Assembly (NCBI GenBank): GCA_013265495.1
Contig: MU057887.1
Coordinates: 135,985-199,984 of the forward strand
Source of the DNA: Vicugna vicugna
Taxonomy: Eukaryota
DNA: 64,000 nucleotides
Direction: 5' to 3'
Part shown: piece by piece, positions 47,298 through 59,088 of the stretch
Layout: each line of letters opens with the position of its first letter
Numbering within the stretch: the stretch's first letter is position 1
The notes under the pieces: model-generated
The model's database searches: none
Seen by the model: the letters and a program-made list of their open reading frames with translations, nothing else
Told to the model about the DNA's origin: nothing
Program-made: the position numbers and the translations under genes

Positions 47298-47691
47298 CTA
47301 GCACAGGGAAGAAGGGCGGAGAGCACGTTAGTGGGCACGGGAGGAGCACTGATCAGGACTGGAGTCCGCGGTCCAGCGTGAAAGGGGCTCTCACCCAGGG
47401 CATGATGGGAGTATCACAGCCCCCCGGGGACGCCTGGGTTCTCACCCAGGGCTCATGGGAGTAAAGGTCTCTGCCCTGGCCTTGGTCAGGACCCGCCAAG
47501 GGAGAGGTGCACCGTGGCCCCGAGCTCCCTGAAGAACACGGCAGCAGCGAGCTGTCCTGTCCAGTGGGGGGACATCACTCCAGGGATCCCTCAGAGTGAC
47601 TTACTGTCAACTCGTTTTGGGCCGTCACTCACTTCCGTTCTAGTAAGTGACGCCAAACCACGTTTTAATGATCACAAAACACAGTTTTCCA

Positions 47692-47866
47692 GGAGGAGGG
47701 TATGGCTCACGTGGTAGAGCGCGTGCTCAGCATACACAAAGTCCTGGGTTCAATCCCCAGCACTTCCTCTAAACCCAGCACCTCCTCTGAAAATAAGTAA
47801 GTAAACCTAATAACCTACCCCCCCCAATTTTTTTTTATTTTTAAAAATTTTTAAAAAAATTAAAAA
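47692..47866 (+). mobile_element. tRNA-derived SINE (camelid Vic-1-like)
   Basis: A/B boxes and shared taaacctaat-acct-cccc tail; short internal duplication (cccagcac.tcctct x2); agttttcc on both flanks. Confidence 0.88.
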
Positions 47867-48392
47867 GTAGTTTTCCTTTCAGTTTCTGGAAATCATACCA
47901 TCCAGTGGGAAGAATGGCTCCCGTGCATTCACAGCGCTCGACAGTTTACAAAGCGCTGTCACGCTCACCGCTCGTGTCACTGTCCCAGCTCAGAGAGGCA
48001 GTTACTGTTAGGGGCCCATTTTCTACAGATCAGTAAACCAGGGCCCAGGGCGGTAATGTGGCGTGTTGAAAGCCGCCAAGAGTCCCAGGAAGCAGGCGGT
48101 CATCTTCTGCCCTTAGGACTCCTTGTTTCTTTGGCACCACGTGGCCTGGTTCTCTGCTCAAGGCCACACTCAGGGGTGGGACAGAGGGCAGCCCGGAGCC
48201 CCGGGTTCTGGGCCTTGTGCGCGGCCCCGGCCCACACGCCTGCTCAGGGAGGTCACAGCACGGGGGCCTGTGCCTGGAACGCGCCGCCCGCCAGGAGCAA
48301 GTAAGTGGCCGCCACCGTGGACGAGGCAGGCTGGGCGGTCAGGCCCGCTGCCGCGGAGGGAGGTGGCCCCGGCCCAGCCCCGCCTGCCTTAC

Positions 48393-48447
48393 CTCTCGCT
48401 GTGAGGAACAGGGGCGTGTTGAGATAGTTGGACGCCAGCCGCTTCCT
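48393..48447 (-). CDS. PHF21B: PHF21B exon (RKRLASNYLNTPLFLTAR)
   Basis: ctgcag|AGG...AGAG|gtaagg; 55 nt, phase 0-1. Confidence 0.94.
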
Positions 48448-50659
48448 CTGCAGGGGACAGAAAACAAAACCAAACCACCAGATCGTGGGGACCCCTCCTT
48501 GGCTGCCGTGACCCCGCCCCAGACGGGCTCCCCACGCTGGGCTCTGGGCTCCAGCCGGCCACGCCCAGCCAGAGGCAGAGCCAGGGACAGGTACGGGGGT
48601 GCAGGGGAGGGGACGGGCGGGTTGGCCGGGACAAAAGCCAGCAGAGGCTCTGCCCCACAGGTGGCCGCGGAGCCCATCCCGGGGCTGCGCCTGCCTCACT
48701 CAGGAAGGACGGTTAGGAATCTCTGACCGGGGCAAACGAGTAACAAAGCTGACATCTGGCTGCCCCCGGCATCTTCTTTCTTAGCCGGTTCTTGGGTCAG
48801 GTGGGGAAATGAGGGGTGTTACAGACTGGCCCCACTTCTTGGCATGTGGTCCAGGAACCCTGGCAACAGAGTGGCCTTGGCGCCCAAAGCATCATGTGTA
48901 GATGGAAGGTTCTGGTACATTCCAGAAGGTGGCTTTCATCCTGGGCTTTGGCAACCACAGGCCATGGGTTCAGACCTTGGTGGTTCGAGATGGCTTTGGC
49001 TGTGGCAAGAAGATTGTTCTAGACCTGGATGACAGACTGTAAACATTCTCTCATGTGGTAGGTCCGTGCTCAGGACCAAGGGAGAGACTCACAGAAGGGC
49101 TGCTCTGGGGGCGACATCTGTGTCCAGGGCTCAAGGTCACAGGGCTTTGTGTTGGCTCTGATTGCTAATCAGGTCACCTGTGGCCATGGCCACAGACTTC
49201 GGAGGTCACGGCTCTGCCCCAGAGCAGGGATGGCTCCGTCAGTGAGCACAGCAAAGGGAACAGGGCCCTTACTGTACAGAGAACACGCCGTCTCCTTGGG
49301 GAGGTGGGGAAACAGCTCAGGGACACTCGTACCAACGGTGCCCAGTGCTGGGGGCACTGTCTCAGGACACGCTTGCTCAGAAAATGGGGGAGGAGGTGAA
49401 CGGCTATAAAGGTGTGCTCCCCGAGCAGGAGGCGAGCACCGGCGGGGACGTGTGCGGGCTGGGAAGCCGGGCGACGCAGGCACAGGGCAGTCGCAGGGCC
49501 GAGCCCTTCCTGCTCCGTGGACACCCTCCTTCCCTCCCACTGAGCCCCAGCTTGTGAGCCACAGATTTGGGGCAACGGGCCCAGACTGACCAAGACCCCG
49601 GGGGAGGCGAGCGGTCGTTCTCCTGCCCCTCCTTAGGCCCTGCAGAGCTGGCGGCCCGGAACGTGCCAGCGCTGGCCTCTGCAGATGCGGCTCTGCTTCA
49701 GAGGGCTGCCCCGCTCTGCGGCCCTCAGGAAACGGCTTCCATCCTGGGGGAAGGTTCTAGGGCCTTTTTCCTAGGAAACCCCAGAGCATCTGGGAAAGGT
49801 CGCTGGCAGACGACGCCGAGCTGGCTTCTGGGAGGTGACATCTGGAGTTTAGCCTAGAATTTTGGACTTGAATTTGCAAGATTTCATTCCGGATTCAGTT
49901 CCTCCCTGGGAATGTGAGGATGGGAGGGGCCAAGGTGCTCCCTGGAAGGCGTCCTTAAGTCCTGACAGTGCATCACGGGCTGGAGTTGGTTACTCTCATC
50001 GCGTACCCCCCCCCCGCCCCGTAGGGCTGCAGTTGACCTTGGGGGGTGGTCTGGATGGGATTTGGATTGGGCGAGAGTTCCTTGGCGCCTACTTCAGTGC
50101 CCTATTTCCCCAGTTTCGGCTATCTGGGGAGCACGCACGCTGCCCACCGTGAGGAAGCCGTGTTGGAGCCGGGGTGCCACCGTGTGAAGGGGACCCGGGC
50201 GCAGGGCCAGCCACAGAGGGTTGGGAGACAAAGCTGGGCATGCCAGGCACCGTCTCTCAGGTTTCCGCACGGAGGGAATTCAGCTGGAGTTACGGCCGCT
50301 CCTCTCCCTCCTCCCACCCCGCTCCTCCCGCGCGGGAGAAGGAACCGGCCTCGCTCAGTCCCCTCTCTCTGAGCCTCGCAGCCTCCGCCTCTCCACATCA
50401 GGAGCATGGGCTGAGCTGGCCGGGCTCCACCGTCAGGCCTGAGTGGTCCCAGGAGGCCCAGGGGGAGCAGGGTCTGCCTGTGACCAGACCTCATGCCTGA
50501 TCATGGGGGCCGTTGGGGAGAATCAGGGAGCTGGCCGCCCCCTGCCTCCAGGCCGCGCGCCCCAGGGCAGCCCGTGGGAGGAACACACCGACATGCTGGT
50601 CTCCCGCATCTGGCTCTTACCTGATGCTGAACTCAGGAGGTACAGAAAGAATTATTTGC

Positions 50660-51100
50660 TGATCCCAGGAGGGGCAAGTGAGGGAGCCCCCCGTCCCCCG
50701 CCCCGCCCCGCGCAGCGCCAGGCCCTCACCTCCGTCTCCAGGAGGCCGCTGTAGGCGGGGTTGGCCGTGCTCCTCCTCTTGCGCTCCTGGCGCTTGCTCT
50801 GGATTTCTGAGGAGGCACAGGTGCAGCCGTTACTGGACTCTTCCTGCCCCGGGGAACCCCGCCCGCGGCCCCTGCAAACCCTGGGCGCCACCGTCCCCTC
50901 GCAGAGGGTGGGTCACACTCGGGCGCTGCCATCTGACCGGGAGTCCCAGCCCCGCCGCTCCTGTCTGACGCCAGCTCAGCAGACGGCCGCGCGCCCGAGC
51001 CCCCCGCCCCCCACACCGGCCGGGCCCAGCCCCGCGGCCCCGGTCCTCACCCTCCAAGTGCTCCGTGGTAACCAGGCCCAGCGCTACCATGAAGGCGATT
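50660..51100. promoter_or_regulatory. Intragenic CpG-rich island over two PHF21B exons
   Basis: Visibly dense CpG and GC boxes (ccccgccccg); CpG obs/exp not computed. Confidence 0.5.
50730..50806 (-). CDS. PHF21B: PHF21B exon ([25 protein letters not shown])
   Basis: cctcag|AA...GAG|gtgagg; 77 nt, phase 1-0; basic NLS-like stretch. Confidence 0.95.
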
Positions 51101-51102
51101 TT
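51051..51102 (-). CDS. PHF21B: PHF21B exon (KIAFMVALGLVTTEHLEE)
   Basis: cctcag|AAA...GAGG|gtgagg; 52 nt, phase 0-1; AFMVxLGLVT motif shared with PHF21A. Confidence 0.95.
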
Positions 51103-51149
51103 CTGAGGGAAGGAATCGGAGAAGGGTTAACACGGCTTTTCTGTTTTGA

Positions 51150-53330
51150 GGTTCCTTAGTGTGCACCTGATGCCCCTTCTCCATCCCGGGACCCCACCCA
51201 GGACCCCCCATCCCATCAGTCGTCCTGTCTCCTTAGGTCCTCGGGGCTGTGACGGTTTCTCAGACTTCCCTTGTTTTTGATGACCTTGGCCATCCGTGAG
51301 GAGTGCTGACCAGGACTCGTGCAGCACGCCCCTTGATTGGGGCCTGTCTGATGTTTTACTTGGGCTTAGACGGGGATGCTGGGTTTTACGGGGAAGCCAA
51401 CAGAAGTGAAGCGACCTTTCCATCTCATCCCATCGGGGCCCGTGCCTTGACCGTGGCCGATCGCTGTGACGTTGGCCCCCATCACCTGGCTGAGGTGTGG
51501 CGTCAGGCGTCTGTGCTGTGGAGTCACTCCCCGCCAACCCCGCCGTCCCCACTGTCCTCTTTGTCAGGAAGTCACTGTGCACTGATCACACTTAAGGAAT
51601 TGGGGGGGTTTTGGTGTTTTGAATTTTTGTTTTTGGGTTTTTTTTTTTGGTCATGAAGACATTTTAAAAAATTGTAGTAAAATTTATCAGTATTTTGTTT
51701 TGCAGTGTTTGGATTTTTCCATCTTAGCTAGAGACCAAGTTTAGAAAGCAAGTTGCTTATGTTTTTATTTTAGTATCTATGGTTTCACTTCTTTAATTTT
51801 TGATCCCTTTGGAATTCATCCTGGTCTTTATGGCGTCTGTGGAGTCATGTTATTCCATACAGCTACGCATTTGTTCCAATACCACTTATTGAAAATTCCA
51901 TCTATTTTTCATACTGACTTAAGGAGCTACCTTAATCATGCACTAAAATATCATATATACACCCACACACACACATACACACTTGGGTCTGTTTTTTTTT
52001 TTTTGCTTCCTATTCTGTTCCTTACATCTGCCTATATATTCGTGAGCTGTGGCCTCACTTTTAGTATCAAGGCTTTACAGTAATATGATAGGATCAGAGT
52101 CCCTTCCTGCTTTTCCTGTTCAGAGCTTCCTCTTCTTGCTTATTTCTTCCTGTGAAATTTAGAAACCATCTTAGGCCATTCTGAGAATGAGAGAATCAGT
52201 TGGTCTATTTACTGGGCTGATGTTAAAATGATAAGTTAACTTAAAGAATAATGACAGCTTAATAACATTACATCTTCACGTCCAAAACCATGGGATGCCT
52301 CTGTTCTGTCTGTCTTCAGGAGTTGCAAACATCTCCTCAAACGGGCGTTGAATATTTTTACGTTCATTTCAAGGCATTCCATCCTTCTGCAGCGATCACA
52401 AACGGGGCCATCTAGAAAGCATCCAGCAGGCTGCTACGTGTTTCTGTAGACTACTGATGTTTGCATGTTAACATCACACCCGCGGCAACGCCAGGTTCTC
52501 AAGTGTCTGCGATACTTTCTCCATCAGTTCTCTTGGGTTTCTACATCATCTCAAATAACAACTGTCTACTCCTTTCCAATTTTTACTTCAATGCTGTTAA
52601 AAATAGTTCTCAATTTGTCAGCTTTAAATGATACTCTTTGAGTCACTGAAAGTCCCAGCTCTACAGACGTGACAATCTGAGAGCTCACCCCTGCCACCTT
52701 CTCCCCATCCTTCCCTCTCCGTTCACGTAGATGAATCTTATACGTTGGTATTTACTGTCATCTTACACGTGTAATATTTACATTCTGTCCCGAAACCCTT
52801 ATCCTGTTCCAGTTTTATTCTGTAGTTAAATACACACGATGTGCACCCAGCGTCGGTGCCGAACGTACCCCAATCGTCTAGTGGTTGACCAGGGTTGAGT
52901 TTCTAGCAGTGTTTTTGTGAATGGCTCATGGGAACAGCATTTCCTGAGTTCTTGGCGGATTTAAAATTCTTAGTCTGTCGCCTTTTAACGTGAAGGACAG
53001 CCTGGCTGGACTTAAGTCCCAGCTCTCTCGCCTTTCTTCCCGGTCTTGTCCACGATGCCCTCCTGGGTTCTGGGGCAGATGTTGCCGTGGAAAAGTAAGA
53101 TGCCAGCCCAGTTGTTCTTCCTCTAAAATGACTTGCTTATTTTCGTCTGGATGCCTACAGGACCCTTTCGTTTCCATTAAAAGTGAGTGACTTGACTGGG
53201 CTGTGACCCAGTGATGACCATTCCCCCGGGTATAGGCACCAGCTTTCCCTGGGACCTGGTGGGTCCTTTCAGTATGGAAATGAAAGTCTTCTTTTATTTC
53301 AGTAAACTTTTCTTAAATTATATTTAAAAA
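51150..53330 (-). mobile_element. Mosaic of old L1 fragments (L1MC/L1ME-like)
   Basis: gtttctcagacttcccttgtttttgatgacctt and ttgttccaataccacttattgaaaa L1 motifs; T-rich; boundaries approximate. Confidence 0.65.
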
Positions 53331-53428
53331 CACAGGGAGGCTTCACCACAGCATGAAAAGTGGGGCCCATAAAATCAGTCCGAGACGTGCGCGCACGTTG
53401 ACATGGGACTCACAAAGGTGGTCGAGCA

Positions 53429-53578
53429 GGAGGGCCCAGCTCAGCGGTGGAGCACGTGCCTAACATGCACAGGGTCCTGGGCTCCATACCCAGTACCTCC
53501 TCTAAAAATAAAACAGACAAATAAATACTTAACTACCTCCTCCCCAAAATAAAAAAAAAATAAAAGTTAAAAAAAAAA
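53429..53578 (+). mobile_element. tRNA-derived SINE (camelid Vic-1-like)
   Basis: agctcagcggtggagcacgtgcctaacatgcacagggtcctgggctccatacccagtacctcc plus A tail; imperfect TSD tggtcgag/tgatcgag. Confidence 0.85.
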
Positions 53579-55680
53579 TGATCGAGGTGGCTGTAGAGCT
53601 GCTGAGACAAGGATTCTGGGGTCCAGCAAGCTTCAGCCAACAGATGCCAGCGCAGGCTGCAGTTTGGTGGCGCCTGGTTTCAGTGTCACGTCTGGGGGCC
53701 TGTGCTGGACCGGGCAGTGGCAGGGCTTCTGAGAATCCGCCAGGGCCAGCGCCCGCTTCACTGGCCTGGTCTGGGAAGGCTGGTCTGGGCCAGTACCGGT
53801 GGACTCCTGGTTCTGCACGCAGCCTTCCCTCCGGCCCCTCCTCCGCAGATGTTAACTTCAGTCCACGCTCACGTGAGGCAGCAGGAGCAAACGTCCTAAC
53901 GCGTTACAGCCACGTTCACGTTGTGGGGGGTTGTGGGAAAATCTCACTGTGTTTCTCCCTCTCCATCATCCCGGTTTTCTTTCTCAAAGCCTCCAATCAT
54001 CCATCTGTTGAATCTTCTTTGCTTGCTTGTAGGTACACTTCCTAATATTTAATTCTTTCTTTTTGTTTTGTGTACCATTCTCATGCCTGCCTGTGTCCCT
54101 TACCAGGTCTTCTGCTGTGCCCAGGTGCCCCGTGCTCATCCAGTTACGTATTTATTTATGTGACGGTTTTATTATTTTCTCCTGAGAGCTTTCTGCTCAC
54201 GTTTCTTTCTCTCCAGTACTGGGGCCCGTCAGCCACCTTCCCTTAGTCCCTGGGTTTCAGCATCGTGGCGCCTACTTAGCGGTGATCATTTGATTGATTT
54301 CTTTCTTTCAATTCGTAGTAACCTACTGGATTTTTGCGGGTAGTGAGGGTTCTTTATGTGTGGTAGGAATCGCCTCTCTTTCTCGTATGATTCCTTACAG
54401 TGAGTCCGTATTGACTCCATTCTTCACATACGGTGCCTCCGTGGGATTCTGTTTCACCAGCCGCCTTGTCCCCCGACAAGGTCCAGGAGGGCCTGTGGCC
54501 TCTTCCCTGCTCCTGAATGCCTCACAGGTCACAGCTGCGAACGTCTTCAGGAGGGACGTTTTTGCTCGTGCTTTCTGACACGTGCCAGCACCAGACACTC
54601 CCCCTCTTCTGTGTGTTCTTTCTCCACACTCCCTCATGTGGCCCCAGCTTTCGCCTGACCCGGCCCCGTCTACCCTAACTGCGGCTCACAGACACTGCCT
54701 GCCCTTTGCACTTTCTGAACATGGACTTGTAATCCTCAGGCAGTATGTGTGGCTGACTCCTTCTGCAGCCTGCAGCCCCTTGGCCCTCGGCAAGGCCTCA
54801 CACACACAACTCAGGCGACTGCATTGTGTGTACACACACACATCTATATGTACACATATACGTATATAATGTTTTACTTCTTTGCATCTCTGTGCTCTCT
54901 CTCTGGTAGCATATTTTAAAGCACTAATTATCTTGGTTCAATGTAATAAGGTTTTTTTTTTTAACCAATCATGGTGTTTTTTATTACCAGATTTTCAAGT
55001 AATTTTTATCCATCTGATGAATGTTTTATTTTCATGTTTCTTTTTGCTTCATTATGCCTTATTTATTTCAAGTGCATGTTATTCCTTTATTTTTAACTTC
55101 CTGGAGTATCTGAAACATACACATTTCAAAGCCGTTGTTATGAGCCTCCCACAAAGTTAGCTTCATCCTGAGGAAATCTGTCCCCAGGGCTGGTTTTACT
55201 GAGTGTCCTTCTTAGCATCTCATTGTGTCACGTGTTTTAGGATTCTGTCTGCAGACGCATACGGAGCACCACTTCTTCTCTGTTTATTTTAGGTTTCCTT
55301 CCCTCTCCCTACGGCTTGCCCTCCCCTACAGCAAGTTTGCAAGCGCGGGGGCCTCTCCCCGCCCAGGTGTGGCCCCAGGCACAGGCTGGCCTCCCTGCTC
55401 CTCTCCTGCTGGAGCTTTCAGGACCCACTGCCCCTCAGGAGCTGCGCTCTCTCCTGGTCACCTTTGTCAGATTCTGAAGATGGAGGCCACGGCCTGGGGC
55501 ACGGGTCCTTCTCACTGCTTGCATTTCTAGGACACGGTGATGCTCAGCTGCATCTTACCACTGTCTCTCCGTGCACTTATCTGTCATTGCTGTGGGTCCG
55601 CAGCAGGGAGGTCCAGTCCAAGTGCCACCCCGGGGGCGGGGGAGGGCTGCTCTGATGGATTTCAGGAAGGGAGGGGTGAC

Positions 55681-56145
55681 CAATAAAAAAAGTCGAGGAA
55701 ATCGTGCCATTTTTGACGATATGGATGAAACTTGAGGGCATTATGCTAAGTGAAATAAGTCAGAGAAAGATAAATACCCTATGATCTCACTTATGTATGG
55801 AATCTAAAAAAGAATGAACTCATAGCAACAGAGAACAGATTGGTGGTTGGCAGTGGCAGGGGGTGGGGTGTGGGGGAAATGGGTGAAGGTGGTCAAAAGA
55901 TACAAATTTCCAGTTATACGCTAAACAAGTACTGTGCAGCATTGTGACTAGGGTTAACAATTCTGTATTGTAAATTTAAAAAGTGCTCATCACACAAAAA
56001 ATAACCATGTGAAGTGATGGCTGTGTTCACTACAATTACTGTGGCATTTTGCAACATACACATGTATCTAATCATTACGCTGTACATCTTAAACTTACAT
56101 AGTGTTATATGCCAATTATATCTCAATAAAGCTGGAAAAATTTTT
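55681..56145 (+). mobile_element. LINE-1 3' end (L1MA/MB-like)
   Basis: ttgagggcattatgctaagtgaaataagtcag...ccaattatatctcaataaagctggaaaaa. Confidence 0.85.
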
Positions 56146-58947
56146 TAAACAAGAAGTGGAGGGGACTTGGTTATTTCTGAATTTTAGGAAGATCCTTCTA
56201 GCTGCAGGGGGCGCAGACAGGGAGGAACCCGTGTCGGGGCTGGGAGCCCAGGGACAGCCAGGGTGGGGCTGGGGCAGCAGGGACGGCGTGCAGGGAAGGA
56301 GCATCTGGGTGCACGGGTCTCGCCCCGAGAGGAGGCCGTGGCAAGGGTGGTGTCAGGGCTTGAACTCCTGTGCCGGCCGCCCCTCTGCGGGGCACAGGTT
56401 AACCTGAGGGTAATCACCTTGGTCAGATGCTGCCCGAGGCCAGGACAGTGAGCAGCACAGAAGAGGCCAGGCTCTGTCCTAAAGAGGGCGGGGGGTTTGG
56501 GACAGAAGGGAGCCTCCAGGGCCCGGGCCAGGAGCCTGCGACGTGTCTGGACTTAGTGCTCAGCCCGGCGACCAGGTACCCGGCTGGCCTCTCTGAGCCC
56601 GTCCGCTCGTCTGTGAGCTGAACGCTGGCCTTCCTGCCGCGCCCACCTTGCAGAGCAGCCGCGAGGCCGCGGGAGAGGGGAGAACGCACAGTGAGCGCGG
56701 AAGGCTCGCTCGGCAAAGAAGCGCGCTTCCTGCCCCGTGTCCCTCCGACGTCTTGGGCGGGCACTGTCCCATCGTGTGGCTGAGCCCAGCTCCCTGCTCA
56801 TCTCACAGGCGGCCGTGAGCTCAGAAGATGCTGAATGTGTGCAGGGTGTGTGGGCACCAAGACCTCGCCAGCCACTGCCCCAGAAGCCACCGTTACAACC
56901 CAGCCCTACAAACACTAGCTAACATCTCTTTACCAAAATCGAAGCCCCAGCCCGTGACCCCTGAGCTTCCGACTGGCTCATCTGGGGAACTTCCTGGGAC
57001 AGCTGCTGCTGTGGCCTCAAGTGCTTTGACATAGATTCTTCACGAACGGGTCCAAAGGCTGCCACAAGAAGTCGCGTCTGTGCCGCCCGACTGCTCCTGG
57101 CCCTCTTCTAAAAGCAACTTTAAGAAGGCCTTTTACAGCAGGACATGTTATAATTGCAAGTTCTATTTAAGTCATTACACGTATTTACGCTAATTATGTA
57201 GTTAGATGCAATTATACTAATTGTATAAATGCACAATAATTGACTAAGATACACTTCGAAAGAACAAAGAGAATCCACCCAGAAACCCTTCCCGAATGTC
57301 AAGGGTGCGGCAAGCCCCGTGAGAGGACGGCAGGGTGCTCGTGGGCGCTTGAGCAGCGAGCTGGCCCCAGGCCCCACCATGCACACAGTAGGTGCTCATA
57401 CGTTGCCACTGAATGGAACCAACGGTCTCTCTTGAGACAAAATTGGGCCTGGGGCCACAGAGGAGACGGGTTCCATTTCAGCCTCAGTGAGTGGGTGACT
57501 CTACAAATTCCCAGCGGGCTTTTAGGACCTATCAAAGGACGTTAATAACCAAGTCATTACCCAAGGAATTAAGTTCCATCTTGGCAGCCCACATGCAGGT
57601 CTTCCAGGGTCAGGCTCCGACGGCACTCTTTAACCCCGTGTCTAGAAATTCTCACACACACACACGCTACCCGAGATCCAAACAGACCAGACAGGCCAGC
57701 TGACCTTCTGGGGTGTGCGGAGTCCTTTTTCTCTTCCATGCGACGCCCGGGTGGTACCCTCCACCGGCCCTGCCATCACCCCGCCTCTTGTCCTTCTGCT
57801 GGACACCCTACCCGTCCCTCTGGTCCCTGTAATCATGCCTCTCCTCTGTAAAGCCTTGCGCGGTCCTTCCAGATAGAAACACAGCTCGCTCTCTCTGCCT
57901 GGATCTCCCACAGCTCAGAATTTGTAATTCTCTGATGACACCTGACTTTTTTTTAACCCAAATTCAAAGTCCTAGTGGCCATGCCTGTGTGTGCCAGTAG
58001 CTGTGGGCTTCCCTAGGGCCAGGACTGACCACATCAGCCCCATCTCCGTGTCCCCATCCTCAGCACAGAGCCTGGCATGGAGCAAAAGCATGCTGGATGG
58101 ATGAATGGATGAATGATTTTTCTGGACAGCAGCACTTTGATAGAATTCTAAGGAGCTGGAGGAGCCCAGAGGGACCTCTTCTGCCTGCTGGGGGTGGGTG
58201 GTCAGGGAAGGCTGCCTGGAGGAGATAATTCCTGAAGGGAATCTTGCAAGATAAACAAGGGTTTGGTAGGGAGAGAAAAGGGGGCTAGGCAGGGGCAATC
58301 AGATGGAAAAAGGCCCAGAGGGGGTTGATTTTGGCCCCGGGTGGCTGAGCATAAACGCAGGAATATGAGGGTGTCGCTTGCTGTGAACAAAAGTTCAACA
58401 AACAGCTTACTTTTAAGGCATTCGGGGTCCTGCTGTGCTGCCTTCAGAAGGGGGGCACGGGTGGGCAGAGAGGAGCAGGGCTGCTTTGGGACCACAGCAC
58501 TGTCCCACGGACGGAGGGTCCTGAGGACAGGGATGGTGGTAACAGCAGGGCTGGGCCCTCTCCCCGCAGACTCTGACTCAGGGAGACCTCCCAACAACGC
58601 GGCCAGGAAGGCAGACAGACTTACCCCTCCACCTCATAGATGAGGAAATGGACCCCGTCCGCCGCCCCGCCCCCCAGTCTCACCACTGGCAGCAGGCAGC
58701 TCGAGGATGCAAAACCCAGGCAGTCTGGTCTAGAATCTGTGCTGACGCCGCCCCCCACGGCTGCTCAGCAAGCAAACGGGTGACGCGAGACGGCTGAGAC
58801 CGCCACTCTCTGGGCCAGTCCCCGCCCGGAGCGCCCAGGGCCCCGGGCGGCTGCGCCCCGGGCTTGTCGCGCGATCCCAGAGTGAGGCCCGTCCCCACCC
58901 CCTGCGCAGCCATGTCCTTCGGCGGCCCCCAGCCCGCAGCCACCCAC

Positions 58948-59088
58948 CTCGGGGTTCTCCTGGCTCGGGGGCCGGTCCTCCTTCTTCTTTTTGGTGGCCT
59001 GAGCTCCCTGAGATGGCTCCTCCGTGGGCGGCCGCGACTCTGCCGTGCTCTCGGGCTGCGTCTGCACTTGAGGCTGAATGATGATGAC
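58948..59088 (-). CDS. PHF21B: PHF21B exon (VIIIQPQVQTQPEST...KKKKEDRPPSQENPE)
   Basis: ttccag|GTC...GAG|gtgggt; 141 nt, phase 0-0. Confidence 0.93.
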
